Origin: Chloroflexota bacterium
Lineage (GTDB): Bacteria; Chloroflexota; Dormibacteria; CF-121
Direction of reading: 5' to 3'
NCBI GenBank assembly: GCA_005882525.1
Contig: VBGO01000008.1
Location: 1-42,305, forward strand
Length of the DNA stretch: 42,305 bases
Shown in pieces: positions 1-8,256 of the stretch. The stretch's first letter is position 1, and each line of letters begins with the position of its first letter. A program made the position numbers and the translations under genes. The notes under the pieces were generated by a model. That model was not told the origin of the DNA. It worked only from the letters and a program-made list of their open reading frames with translations, and ran no database searches.

Positions 1-118
1 AAGGTCTCCCACTGGGTTAACCAGGTAAGACCCCAGCGAGACTAGCTGGTTGATAGGCCGCAAGTGTAAGACGGGCAACCGTTTCAGCTAAGCGGTACTA
101 ATAGGTCGAGGGCTTGAC
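1..118 (+). rRNA. rrl: 23S rRNA, 3'-terminal fragment (partial, runs off the window start)
   Basis: The window opens in a conserved rRNA-like stretch (GGTTGATAGGCCG ... AAGCGGTACTAATAGGTCGAGGGCTTGACC) typical of the 23S 3' end. It lies ~100 nt upstream of a 5S gene on the same strand. The 3' boundary is approximate. Confidence 0.8.
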
Positions 119-217
119 CATCTATCTCACTCCTCAGCGCTTAACAGCGCCGGAGGTTGATCGCGTGATTCTTGCGCGGTCCCTAAAGCACTTCTTCGCA
201 GCGATCGAAGTAAGAGA

Positions 218-336
218 CTTCGGTGACCATAGCGACGGGGAAACACCTGTTCCCATCCCGAACACAGCAGTTAAGCCCGTCAGCGCCGATGGTACTGGGC
301 TGGCAACGGTCTGGGAGAGTAGGTCATCGCCGAGGT
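218..336 (+). rRNA. rrf: 5S rRNA
   Basis: Canonical bacterial 5S motifs are present (CCCATCCCGAACACAG, GCCGATGGTACTGGG, GGGAGAGTAGGTC). The terminal helix pairs 5' CTTCGGTGAC with 3' GTCATCGCCGAGG. A T-rich tract TCTCTTTCTTTTT follows (likely operon terminator). ORFs 114..365 and 223..747 overlapping it are spurious. Confidence 0.9.
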
Positions 337-382
337 CTCTTTCTTTTTGCCTGCCGCCGGCTTGACCGGATAATGGAGACCA

Positions 383-1444
383 ATGCGAGACCGCCGGCAA
401 TGGATGCGGCCCTCCCTCAACTGGCTGCTCGTCTTCATCCCGGTATCGCTCGCCGCCGAGGTTGCCCATCAGCCCCTCCTCGTCTTCATCACGTCCGGGC
501 TGGCCATCGTCCCGCTGGCGGGATTGATCGGGCGTGCCACCGACCGGCTGGCCATGCACGTCGGTCCGCGGCTCGGCGGTCTGCTGAACGCCACCTTCGG
601 GAATCTGACGGAGCTGATCGTCGCCGTGCTGCTCATCAGTGCGGGCGACTTCGAGATTGTGAAGGCGTCGTTGATCGGCTCGATTATCGGCAACCTGCTG
701 CTCGTTCTGGGCCTCTCGCTCCTGGTCGGTGGGTTGGGCCGTGGTGAGCAGACCTTCAGCGCCCGGGCGGCGGGCCTGCACACGGCGTCCCTAGTCCTGG
801 CCGTCGCCGGCCTCGGGATCCCGGCGCTGCTGGTGGCGGCGTCGCCGAGGATCTCCGTTGGCGACCGAGAGATCGTCTCCGCCGGCGTGGCAGCGACGCT
901 GATCCTGCTCTACGTGGCCGCGCTCGTGTTCATGCAGTTCACCCACGCCCACCTCTTCCGCACGCCGGAGTCCAACGAACAGCCCGAATGGTCGAGGGGG
1001 CTGGGGATCGGCATGCTGCTCGGCGCCGCCCTGCTCGTGGGGCTGGAGTCGGAACTGCTGGTCTCGGCGCTCGATCCCGCACTGCAGACGCTCAAGATCT
1101 CGCCGATCTTCGTCGGCCTCATCCTGATTCCGGTGATCGCGAACGCCGCCGAGCACGCGGCGGCCGTCTTCTTCGCCGTCAGGGACAAGCTCGATGTCAC
1201 GCTCGAGATCGCCGTCGGCTCCTCGACGCAGGTCGCCCTGTTCCTCGCGCCGGCCATGGTGTTCATCAGCCTTCTCCTCGGTCGGCCGATGGACTTCGTC
1301 TTCACCGGCTTCGAGATTGGGGCCGTGTTCATCGCCACCCTGATCATTGCCGTGATCTCTCGTGACGGCCAGAGCAACTGGCTCGAAGGCTTGCAGCTGA
1401 TCAGCGTCTACGCGATTGTCGCGCTGGCCGCGTTTTTCCTCTGA
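383..1444 (+). CDS. cax: Ca2+/H+ antiporter, CaCA (CAX/ChaA) family
   Basis: 353-aa polytopic membrane protein with the two CaCA alpha-repeat signatures GNLTELIVAV...GSIIGNLLLVLG and NAAEHAAAV...EIAVGSSTQVALF. Confidence 0.9.
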   Translation: MRDRRQWMRPSLNWLLVFIPVSLAAEVAHQPLLVFITSGLAIVPLAGLIGRATDRLAMHVGPRLGGLLNATFGNLTELIVAVLLISAGDFEIVKASLIGSIIGNLLLVLGLSLLVGGLGRGEQTFSARAAGLHTASLVLAVAGLGIPALLVAASPRISVGDREIVSAGVAATLILLYVAALVFMQFTHAHLFRTPESNEQPEWSRGLGIGMLLGAALLVGLESELLVSALDPALQTLKISPIFVGLILIPVIANAAEHAAAVFFAVRDKLDVTLEIAVGSSTQVALFLAPAMVFISLLLGRPMDFVFTGFEIGAVFIATLIIAVISRDGQSNWLEGLQLISVYAIVALAAFFL

Positions 1445-1453
1445 CCGGGCGCG

Positions 1454-2560
1454 TCAGCGGACCGTCTCACGGCGGACGGTGAGCCGCTCGACCAGGTCGA
1501 CCTTGACCCGGACGCCGATTCCCCACCGAGTCGGAACCGGGATGGTGCCTCCGCGCTGCAGGACAAAGGGGGGCTCGACGATGTCCTCGGCCCAGTAGCG
1601 GCCGCTCGCGGAGATATCACCGGGCAGCCGAAAATTGGGCAGCGTGGCCAGCGCCACGTTGCAGGCTCGACCGATGCCGGTCTCGAGCATCCCACCGCAC
1701 CAGACCGGCACACCGGCGTTCCCGGCGATGTCGTGGATGCGACGCGACTCGGCGAAACCCCCGACCCGACCCGGCTTGATGTTGATCACGCGGCAGGCGC
1801 CGAGCTGCAGCGCTTGGCGCGCGTCACGCGCCGATTCGATGCTCTCATCCAGGCAGATCGGAGTGCGGAGCTGCCGCTGCAGCGCGGCATGATCGACCAG
1901 GTCGCCGGCAGCCAGCGGTTGTTCGAGCATCAACAGGCCGAAGCGGTCGAGCTGCGCCAGGTGGGCGGCATCGTCGAGGCTGTAGGCGGAGTTGGCATCG
2001 GCCATCAGCGTGATCTCCGGATACTTCTCGCGGATCGCGCCGATCGCCATGACATCCCAGCCCGGTTCGATCTTGACCTTGATCCGCCGGTACCCCTCGG
2101 CCAGGTGCGACCCGATGCTGTCGAGCAGCTCGTCGACGGTTGCCTGGATGCCGATGCTGACCCCGGTCTCGACCCGATCCCGGACTCCGCCGAGATACTG
2201 CGCGAGCGGCTTGCGAGCGTGCTCGGCGAGCGCCCCGGTGAAGGCCATTTCAATGCTTGCCTTCGCCATATGGTGGCCGCGGACCGGAGCGAACAGCGTC
2301 TCCAGCTCGTCGACGTTCGCCAGGTCGCGTCCGATGACGCCAGGCAGCAGGTAACCCTTGAGGATCTGCCAGGCGGTCTCGACCGTCTCATAGGAGTACC
2401 AGGGCCCTTCCCCGGCGACACACTCGCCCCAGTGGGAGTGGCCGTCGATATCCAACCGGACAAGCAGGGGATAGCGGTCCTGCTGGACGCCAAAACTGGT
2501 CCGAAACGGCTTCAGCAAGCGCATCTTGAGCACCCTCAGCTCGACGGCGTCGATCTTCAT
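1454..2560 (-). CDS. Enolase-superfamily o-succinylbenzoate synthase / N-acylamino-acid (N-succinylamino-acid) racemase-like enzyme
   Basis: The reading begins at MKIDAVELRVLKMRLLKPFRTSFG (ATG 2560-2558). The MR/MLE barrel pattern is present (RIKVKIEPGWD, LMADANSAY, LMLEQPL, ICLDES, NIKPGRVGG). The long ORF 1454..3100 has a nonsense Arg/Gly-rich N-terminal extension overlapping the upstream GNAT gene, so the internal ATG is used. The start overlaps the GNAT stop as ATGA. Confidence 0.85.
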   Translation of the reverse strand: MKIDAVELRVLKMRLLKPFRTSFGVQQDRYPLLVRLDIDGHSHWGECVAGEGPWYSYETVETAWQILKGYLLPGVIGRDLANVDELETLFAPVRGHHMAKASIEMAFTGALAEHARKPLAQYLGGVRDRVETGVSIGIQATVDELLDSIGSHLAEGYRRIKVKIEPGWDVMAIGAIREKYPEITLMADANSAYSLDDAAHLAQLDRFGLLMLEQPLAAGDLVDHAALQRQLRTPICLDESIESARDARQALQLGACRVINIKPGRVGGFAESRRIHDIAGNAGVPVWCGGMLETGIGRACNVALATLPNFRLPGDISASGRYWAEDIVEPPFVLQRGGTIPVPTRWGIGVRVKVDLVERLTVRRETVR

Positions 2561-3339
2561 CGACTCGGGGCCATCACATAGGCACCCTCGCGCCGAAAAT
2601 CGACCGCCACCAACCCGGCGCTGAGGGCCGCCTCGAACGCGGCCCGGCTTTCCATCCGCCAGCGCAAGGCGAGCTCCAGGCTGGCGCGCTTGACCGCCTG
2701 GAAATCCAGCGGCACCCCGATCAGGGCTGCCGCTGCCGTGCCCAGCGCGGGGTGCTCCGCGACCGGCTCGCCGGCGTTGCCCACCCGCAACAGCACGAGG
2801 GGCTCCGAGGCGACCGGCGGCTTCGGCCGGCGCAGCCACCACTCGGCTTCGAATCGATCCGACGGCAGTCCGCGGTTGAGCTCGTCCTCCATCGCCCCGT
2901 AATGGTCGCGATCGTAGCGGCGGGCGATGCAGCCGAGGCGGTGCAGGTTGATGTAGGCGTTGCGCGCCTCCAATGGATCGAAGGTCCAGGTCACCAACTC
3001 GTAGCCCAGTCTCAATGCATCGTACCGCTGAGCCTGCTTGAGGGCGATCCCGACGCCACGACCGCGAAAGTCCGGCAGAACGCCGAGCTGATGGGAGCAC
3101 AGACGCAGCTGCCCATCTCGCATGCCGAGGAAGGCGAAGCAGAAACCGACCAGGCGGCCGTTGGGGAGGAAGGCGCCGTGCACCAGGCCGCCGTTGTGCT
3201 GCATCGTGAGGAGCAACTCGCGCGGCACCACGTTGCGTTCGGCCGCACCCCAGATGTCCCGACTCATCGCCTCGCAGGCAGCGAACTCATCCATCGAACG
3301 GACCAGCCTGGTTTCGACTTCCGGAGGCACGCGCCACAT
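2557..3339 (-). CDS. GNAT-superfamily N-acyltransferase (COG3375-like, ~260 aa)
   Basis: Acyl-CoA binding-type motif HQLGVLPDFRGRGVGIALKQAQ. The stop overlaps the start of the downstream enolase-superfamily gene (ATGA at 2557-2560), which implies co-translation. Confidence 0.8.
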   Translation of the reverse strand: MWRVPPEVETRLVRSMDEFAACEAMSRDIWGAAERNVVPRELLLTMQHNGGLVHGAFLPNGRLVGFCFAFLGMRDGQLRLCSHQLGVLPDFRGRGVGIALKQAQRYDALRLGYELVTWTFDPLEARNAYINLHRLGCIARRYDRDHYGAMEDELNRGLPSDRFEAEWWLRRPKPPVASEPLVLLRVGNAGEPVAEHPALGTAAAALIGVPLDFQAVKRASLELALRWRMESRAAFEAALSAGLVAVDFRREGAYVMAPSR

Positions 3340-3372
3340 GCTAGCGCGGCGACCGGTTGCGGCTGCTACGAA

Positions 3373-4122
3373 CTACTTACAGGTCCAGGCGCTTTGACGC
3401 CCGGCGTTGTAAAAGACCAGCGCGCCGCGTGCCTGGGCGTAGGGGTCCCAGATGTTCTGCCCCGGGAAGTTGGCGTTCCAGGTCGACGGCATGAATTGGA
3501 AGAGCCCGCTGGCGCCGCTGGAACGGTTGATGGCCAGCGGGTTGTAGTGGCTTTCGCAGTTGGCCACCCGCAGGGCCCAGCTGAGGCCCGGACTGTTGGC
3601 GAAGACGGCGTAGATGGCGGCCAGCCCGTCACCGCCCGAGCCGGGCGGTGGCGTGAAGGCACCCGCCGGCGACTGGGCGGGTTGGGTTGTCACCCGCCGC
3701 GCGATCACGGGCGCCTGGCTGACCACCGCCGGTGCCGGCCGCTCCTCGAGCGCCGACGCCTTGGCGACCTCCCGCATGGCCGGCGCGTTGCGCGCGGGGA
3801 CCGGGCTGGTCCACAGGACATAGCCCGAGTACTCGGCCGCGACCGCCCGTGTCGGTGCGGCGCGCCCGGACATCGTCGGGACGACCAGGACGAATCCCAG
3901 CGCGAGCACCAGGCCGTGGCCGACGAAATTCACAGAGAGTGCACGCTGGGGGCGGCGGAGGACGTTGAGTGCGGTGGTCGCCCGGTTCTGGAGTCGCCAG
4001 AACCGCAGGACCGCCCGCGCGCTCCAGTCGGAAGCCACAAGATCGTGGAGTCTGGCGCTGGTTAACCGCAAGATATGGGCACGAGCCTTTGACACGATAC
4101 CAATAAACGCTGTAACGCTCAA
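3373..4122 (-). CDS. Lytic transglycosylase (SLT/Rpf-like) domain protein with N-terminal membrane anchor
   Basis: C-terminal motif CESHYNPLAINRSSGASGLFQFMPSTW (catalytic Glu-Ser plus GLxQxM) and a TM helix FVGHGLVLALGFVLVV. The TTG start at 4122 is preceded by GGAGGGAAGG. Confidence 0.75.
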   Translation of the reverse strand: MSVTAFIGIVSKARAHILRLTSARLHDLVASDWSARAVLRFWRLQNRATTALNVLRRPQRALSVNFVGHGLVLALGFVLVVPTMSGRAAPTRAVAAEYSGYVLWTSPVPARNAPAMREVAKASALEERPAPAVVSQAPVIARRVTTQPAQSPAGAFTPPPGSGGDGLAAIYAVFANSPGLSWALRVANCESHYNPLAINRSSGASGLFQFMPSTWNANFPGQNIWDPYAQARGALVFYNAGRQSAWTCK

Positions 4123-4257
4123 GCAGCCTTCCCTCCGTCACTGGACGAACGTCAACCCTTCGGTCCGCGGGTGAAAACGAGAGGAGGCCATGAGCTACGA
4201 CGAGGCGTAACGGACCGTCGTCCACCGTACCACAGGCGGTGCGAGCTCCGTCAGCGC

Positions 4258-5269
4258 CTACAGCGCGTCGATCATCAGTCGCAGGAGCTGGGTGCGCTGC
4301 AACCAGCTTTCGACCAGCAGGTGCTCGGTGTCGGCGTGGGCGCCTCCGCCATCGGGTCCGAGGCCGTCGAGGGTGGGGACGCCCAGGGCGGCGGTAAAGT
4401 TGCCATCGCTGCCGCCGCCGGTGCTCGTCTCGGCGAGCCGGAACCCGAGGTCGCCGGCCAGGCGCTGCGCCAGCTCGGCCAGCCGGACGACGCCGGGGCT
4501 CCGCTCCATCGGTGGACGATCGACGCCCCCGCTGATCCGCAGCCGAGCGTCGTCGAGTCGGGGTTGGAGCCCGCGGACGCCTGCGCCGCGACGACGTTGG
4601 GGCGAGTACCAGCATGCACCACCCCAACGTTGATCGTCGTTCCGCTGGCCGGATCGGCAAGGGCCTTGAGGGCCAGCACCTGGTGCGCCAGTTCCTCGAT
4701 GGCGCTGATGCCTTTCTCTGGCTCCACGCCCGCATGAGCGGCTCGGCCATCGACCTCCAGGATGAAATCCGCGATGCCTTTGCGGGCGGTTTTGATGGCG
4801 CCGCCGCTGGCGGCCGGCTCCAGCACCAGCACGGCCAGGGCACCCCTGGCCGTTTCCTCGATTAAACCCCGGGAGCTGGCGCTGCCGATCTCCTCGTCGG
4901 AGGTCGACAGTACGACGACCGGCCGCCGGGGCCGCGCCTGCTCGAGGGCGAACGCCGCTTCGACAATGCCGGCTTTCATGTCGTAGCTCCCCGGACCGGT
5001 CACGCGGTCGCCGTCGACCCGGTAAGGAAGCCGCCCCAGCGTACCGTCGGGCCACACGGTGTCGTGATGGCAGAGCACGACGATCGGATCGGCGCCGTCC
5101 GATGCCGGATCGCCGACACGCCGAGCCGCTGCCGGAAGAGCTCCGCCACCTCGTTGGCGCAGGCGTCGCAGCGCGCCTTGTCCGTCGAGGGGGATTCCGC
5201 CAGCACCAGGCGTTCCAGGGCGGCGATCATGTCGGTCCGGTCGGGCGTTTGCACCAGGGTCTCGACCAT
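4258..5269 (-). pseudogene. M20-family metallopeptidase/deacylase (carboxypeptidase G2-like), disrupted by at least two frame changes
   Basis: Recognisable M20 sequence is split over three frames. N-terminus: MVETLVQTPDRTDMIAALERLVLAESPS...AELFRQRLG (from ATG 5269). Middle: DGADPIVVLCHHDTVWP...GPGSYDMKAG...LVLEPAASGG...VDGRAAHAG...NVGVVHAGTRPNVVAA. C-terminus: LDDARLRISGGVDRPPME...GGGSDGNFTAALGVPTLDGLGPDGGGAHADTEHL (stop 4258). The switches lie near 5095-5115 and 4555-4585. Confidence 0.7.
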
Positions 5270-5302
5270 GCTAAAACCTAGGGACCACAGGAGGGAGAAC
5301 CT

Positions 5303-6667
5303 ATGAGCATTCACGCGCCTGAAGTCGCCAATCGGATCCAGCTCGACGAGCGAGAGCTGCCCCAGCGCTGGTACAACATCCAGGCCGATCTTCCGTTTCC
5401 CGGGAGCCCGCCGCTGCATCCCGCCACCAAGCAGCCCGTCGGTCCGCAGGACCTGGCGCCGCTCTTCCCGATGGAGTTGATCAAGCAAGAGGTGTCCCAG
5501 GAACGCTATATCGACATCCCGCAACCGATTCAGGAGGCACTCCGGCTTTGGCGGCCGACCCCGCTGATGCGGGCGACCCGGCTGGAGCGGGAGCTCAAGA
5601 CGACCGCACGGATCTACTACAAGTATGAGGGGGGCAGCCCGGCCGGCTCCCACAAACCGAACACGGCGGTCGCGCAGGCCTTCTACAACAAGGCGGAGGG
5701 CACCAAGCGACTGACCACCGAAACCGGCGCCGGCCAGTGGGGCAGCGCGCTGGCCTTTGCGACCAAGATCTTCGAGCTCGAGTGCATGGTGTACATGGTG
5801 CGGATCAGCTTTGAGCAGAAGCCCTATCGCAAAAGCATGATGCGCGTCTGGGGCGCCGAGGTGGTCCCGAGCCCTTCGGACCGGACGCAAGCGGGCAAGC
5901 GGATCCGCGCGGAAAACCCCGACTCGACCGGCAGCCTCGGGATCGCCATCTCGGAAGCCATCGAAGACGCCGCCGGCCGAGAGGACACCAAGTATTCGCT
6001 GGGAAGCGTGCTGAATCATGTCCTGATGCACCAGACCATCATTGGCGAGGAAGCGCTGGTGCAAATGGAGCGGGCCGGGGCGATGCCGGACGTCGTGGTG
6101 GGCTGCGTCGGCGGCGGTAGCAACTTTTCCGGACTAGCGTTTCCCTTCCTGAGGGACCGGTTGGGGGGACGGAGCAAAACGCGCTTCCTGGCGGTCGAGC
6201 CGGCGGCCTCGCCGTCGATCACGCGCGGCAAGTACGCCTACGACTTCGGCGACACGATCGGCATGACACCGTTGCTCAAGATGCACACGCTGGGCCATGC
6301 GTTCGTCCCGGACGGCATTCATGCCGGCGGCCTTCGTTATCACGGGATGGCGCCGTTGGTCTCGGGCCTCGCGGATCATGGGTTCATCGAGGCGGTTGCC
6401 TACCCGCAGCGCACCGTCTTCGACGCCGCCGTGCAGTTCGCTCGCACCGAGGGCACCATTCCTGCGCCGGAGACGGCGCACGCGATCCGAGCGGTCATCG
6501 ACGAGGCGGTCAAAGCCCGGGAACGCGGCGAGTCGCCGACCATCCTCTTCAACTTCAGCGGCCATGGTCTGCTCGACCTGGCGGCCTACGACGCCTACTT
6601 CGACGGCACCTTGTCGGACGTCACGCTCTCCGAGGCGCGCATCCAGGAGTTGGTCGGCTCGCTGTAA
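5303..6667 (+). CDS. trpB2: TrpB-like PLP-dependent enzyme (tryptophan synthase beta, TrpB2 type)
   Basis: 454 aa, which is the long TrpB2 length. Motifs: [26 protein letters not shown] (PLP lysine context), [34 protein letters not shown] lies upstream. No trpA is adjacent. Confidence 0.9.
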   Translation: MSIHAPEVANRIQLDERELPQRWYNIQADLPFPGSPPLHPATKQPVGPQDLAPLFPMELIKQEVSQERYIDIPQPIQEALRLWRPTPLMRATRLERELKTTARIYYKYEGGSPAGSHKPNTAVAQAFYNKAEGTKRLTTETGAGQWGSALAFATKIFELECMVYMVRISFEQKPYRKSMMRVWGAEVVPSPSDRTQAGKRIRAENPDSTGSLGIAISEAIEDAAGREDTKYSLGSVLNHVLMHQTIIGEEALVQMERAGAMPDVVVGCVGGGSNFSGLAFPFLRDRLGGRSKTRFLAVEPAASPSITRGKYAYDFGDTIGMTPLLKMHTLGHAFVPDGIHAGGLRYHGMAPLVSGLADHGFIEAVAYPQRTVFDAAVQFARTEGTIPAPETAHAIRAVIDEAVKARERGESPTILFNFSGHGLLDLAAYDAYFDGTLSDVTLSEARIQELVGSL

Positions 6668-6709
6668 CCGCAAGGGAGGAAGCCGACCGGTTTCCTCCCG
6701 CTTCGATCG

Positions 6710-6997
6710 TTAGTGCTTGCCACCCTCGCGGCCGATGGTGGCCATCCGGTTGCGATCCTGGCTGGAGGCCTCGCCGCCTTTACGGCCGGCCGCCCTGGCT
6801 TCCTCGGAGGAGAACTCGTGCGCCGAGCCTTTCTCATGGGCCGCCTTGCCGCCCTTGCTGCCCGCCTGCCGCGCCTCCTCCGGGCTGAACTCATGCGCCG
6901 ACCCCTTCAGGTGGGCGGCTTGCCCGCCCTTACTCGCGATTTCCCGCTGCTTCGACTCGTCCATGGATCCGAAGCCTCGCTTGCCGCTTGCTGGCAT
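6710..6997 (-). CDS. KGG-repeat general stress protein (YciG/GsiB-like)
   Basis: A repeated unit KGSAHEFS(P/S)EEAR(Q/A)AG(S/R)KGG occurs twice, plus SKGGQAAH and REGGKH. The ATG at 6997 is preceded by a perfect AAGGAGG 5 nt upstream. The longer ORF to 7069 is not needed. Confidence 0.8.
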   Translation of the reverse strand: MPASGKRGFGSMDESKQREIASKGGQAAHLKGSAHEFSPEEARQAGSKGGKAAHEKGSAHEFSSEEARAAGRKGGEASSQDRNRMATIGREGGKH

Positions 6998-7131
6998 TTG
7001 TCGCCTCCTTTGAACTGGACCTTGCACGGGAAAGCTGCAAAGAGGACCTACAGACCCGCGAGCCACCATTTGCTAGCGCCGGTATCAATCTAGCTGACAC
7101 GGCTGGCCGGCTGTCAAGCGGGTCGGATCGC

Positions 7132-7169
7132 GACAACGAAAACAGGGCCTCGGTCGCGAGACCCTGTTT
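7132..7169 (-). terminator. Intrinsic terminator downstream of the LapA-like gene
   Basis: Hairpin AAACAGGG-CCTCG-GTCG-CGAGA-CCCTGTTT (12 bp with one C.A mismatch). On the minus strand it is followed by TTTTCGTTGT. It lies ~30 nt after the stop at 7198. Confidence 0.5.
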
Positions 7170-7197
7170 GCGAAGGACGTCGACGGATCGAACCGGT

Positions 7198-7731
7198 TCA
7201 GTACCCCGCCGGCTCTCGACCGCTGAAAAAGGCGCGAACCCGCTCACCGAACGTCGGCCGGGCTCGGTAGGGCGTTGCGGTCCCGGAGCGATCGGCCGCA
7301 TCGGCCGCCATGACAGGCTCCCGGTCGGTTTCCTGGTGGGCGGGCGTCGTGTCCCGCTCGGGGGTCGCCGGAGCGCCGGTGGTCGCCGCCACGCCGCGGT
7401 CCATGCCACGCAGCTCGCTGCGGACGCGGGCATTTTCTTCACGCAAGCCCTGGTTTTCGCGGCGGAGATCGTTGATGGTCGACTCCCGCGTCGTGACTCG
7501 ACGCCGCATCGAGCCGACGTGCACCCCGTGGACGAGACCGGAGTAGAGCATGTAGAGGAGAAAGAGCCCGCCGATCACGGCGGCCGCGACCACCACCGGG
7601 ACCCAGTCCGGGACGGCGGACCAGTGCCACTGCCAGAGCGTGACGTCGTGGCTGCCGGTGTTCTCCATCGCATACAGGCCGACCCCGGCCGCGACGATGA
7701 TCAACAGGATCAGGAACAGGATCATGAGCAT
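7198..7731 (-). CDS. Membrane protein with LapA-like (DUF1049) N-terminal domain and coiled-coil/disordered tail
   Basis: Two N-terminal TM helices (LILLIIVAAGVGLYAM; VPVVVAAAVIGGLFLLYML) followed by INDLRRENQGLREENARVRSELR. GGAGGG lies upstream. The start is either 7731 or the second ATG at 7725. Confidence 0.65.
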   Translation of the reverse strand: MLMILFLILLIIVAAGVGLYAMENTGSHDVTLWQWHWSAVPDWVPVVVAAAVIGGLFLLYMLYSGLVHGVHVGSMRRRVTTRESTINDLRRENQGLREENARVRSELRGMDRGVAATTGAPATPERDTTPAHQETDREPVMAADAADRSGTATPYRARPTFGERVRAFFSGREPAGY

Positions 7732-7857
7732 CCCTCCAGGTTGTTACTGGCGTTTTAGACAGGTAGAATATCAAATTACCTGATAGCCACACGTTCAGTC
7801 AAGGACCCCTATTCGTCCCCCTGGTGCGGATGAGTTCCGGCGCGCGGCCGGGCAAGA

Positions 7858-8166
7858 TCAGCGCAGGGGGTCGCGCAGATCCCGAACGGCGGCCGCGGCC
7901 AGGAAGCCGCCGGCCAGCCCCAGCGCGGTGAGCCGCAGGGGGGCGACGAACCAGGCCGCGGCGGCCGTCAGGCTGAGAGCCAGCGCGGCGCAGATCGAGG
8001 TGCAGAGCCCGGCGATCAGCCAGAACGGCCAGCGCCGCCGTCCCGGCCAAGCCAGCAGCAGGCACAAGAGAAAGGCGACCAGGATGAAACCCCCCACCAT
8101 CCTGGTCGCCATCGGCGCGCCCCCCACATCGATCGGCGCCCCCACTGGCAACAGGCTACGCGGCAC
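7858..8166 (-). CDS. Hypothetical small membrane protein
   Basis: Three hydrophobic helices (GGFILVAFLLCLLLAW, FWLIAGLCTSICAALALSL, LTALGLAGGFLAAAAV). No recognisable family. The start is uncertain (internal ATGs at 8112 and 8100). Confidence 0.35.
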   Translation of the reverse strand: MPRSLLPVGAPIDVGGAPMATRMVGGFILVAFLLCLLLAWPGRRRWPFWLIAGLCTSICAALALSLTAAAAWFVAPLRLTALGLAGGFLAAAAVRDLRDPLR

Positions 8167-8256
8167 GGGTGCCGGCCGCTATCCCCCAGGGTGATGAAAG
8201 ATCGACGCCATCGGGTTCCAACCGGGGGAGGGCGAATGGGGGAGAGGGGCGCGTTT

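Noticed and set aside
134-781. ORFs 114..365, 134..781 (minus) and 223..747 lie across the 5S rRNA and the start of the antiporter gene.
   Set aside because: They overlap a clearly folded 5S rRNA and a motif-rich CaCA gene. Their translations are Arg/Pro/Gly-rich with no motifs, as expected of off-frame ORFs in GC-rich DNA.
2561-3100. 180-codon N-terminal extension of the OSBS/NSAR ORF (1454..3100).
   Set aside because: The extension is Arg/Gly/Pro-rich nonsense and overlaps the GNAT gene in another frame. The family N-terminus MKIDAVELR begins at the internal ATG at 2560.
4176-4210. Plus-strand micro-ORF ATGAGCTACGACGAGGCGTAA (6 codons) preceded by GAGAGGAGG.
   Set aside because: It has a good SD, but no downstream plus-strand gene exists for it to regulate, since both neighbours are on the minus strand. 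It is most likely a chance occurrence.
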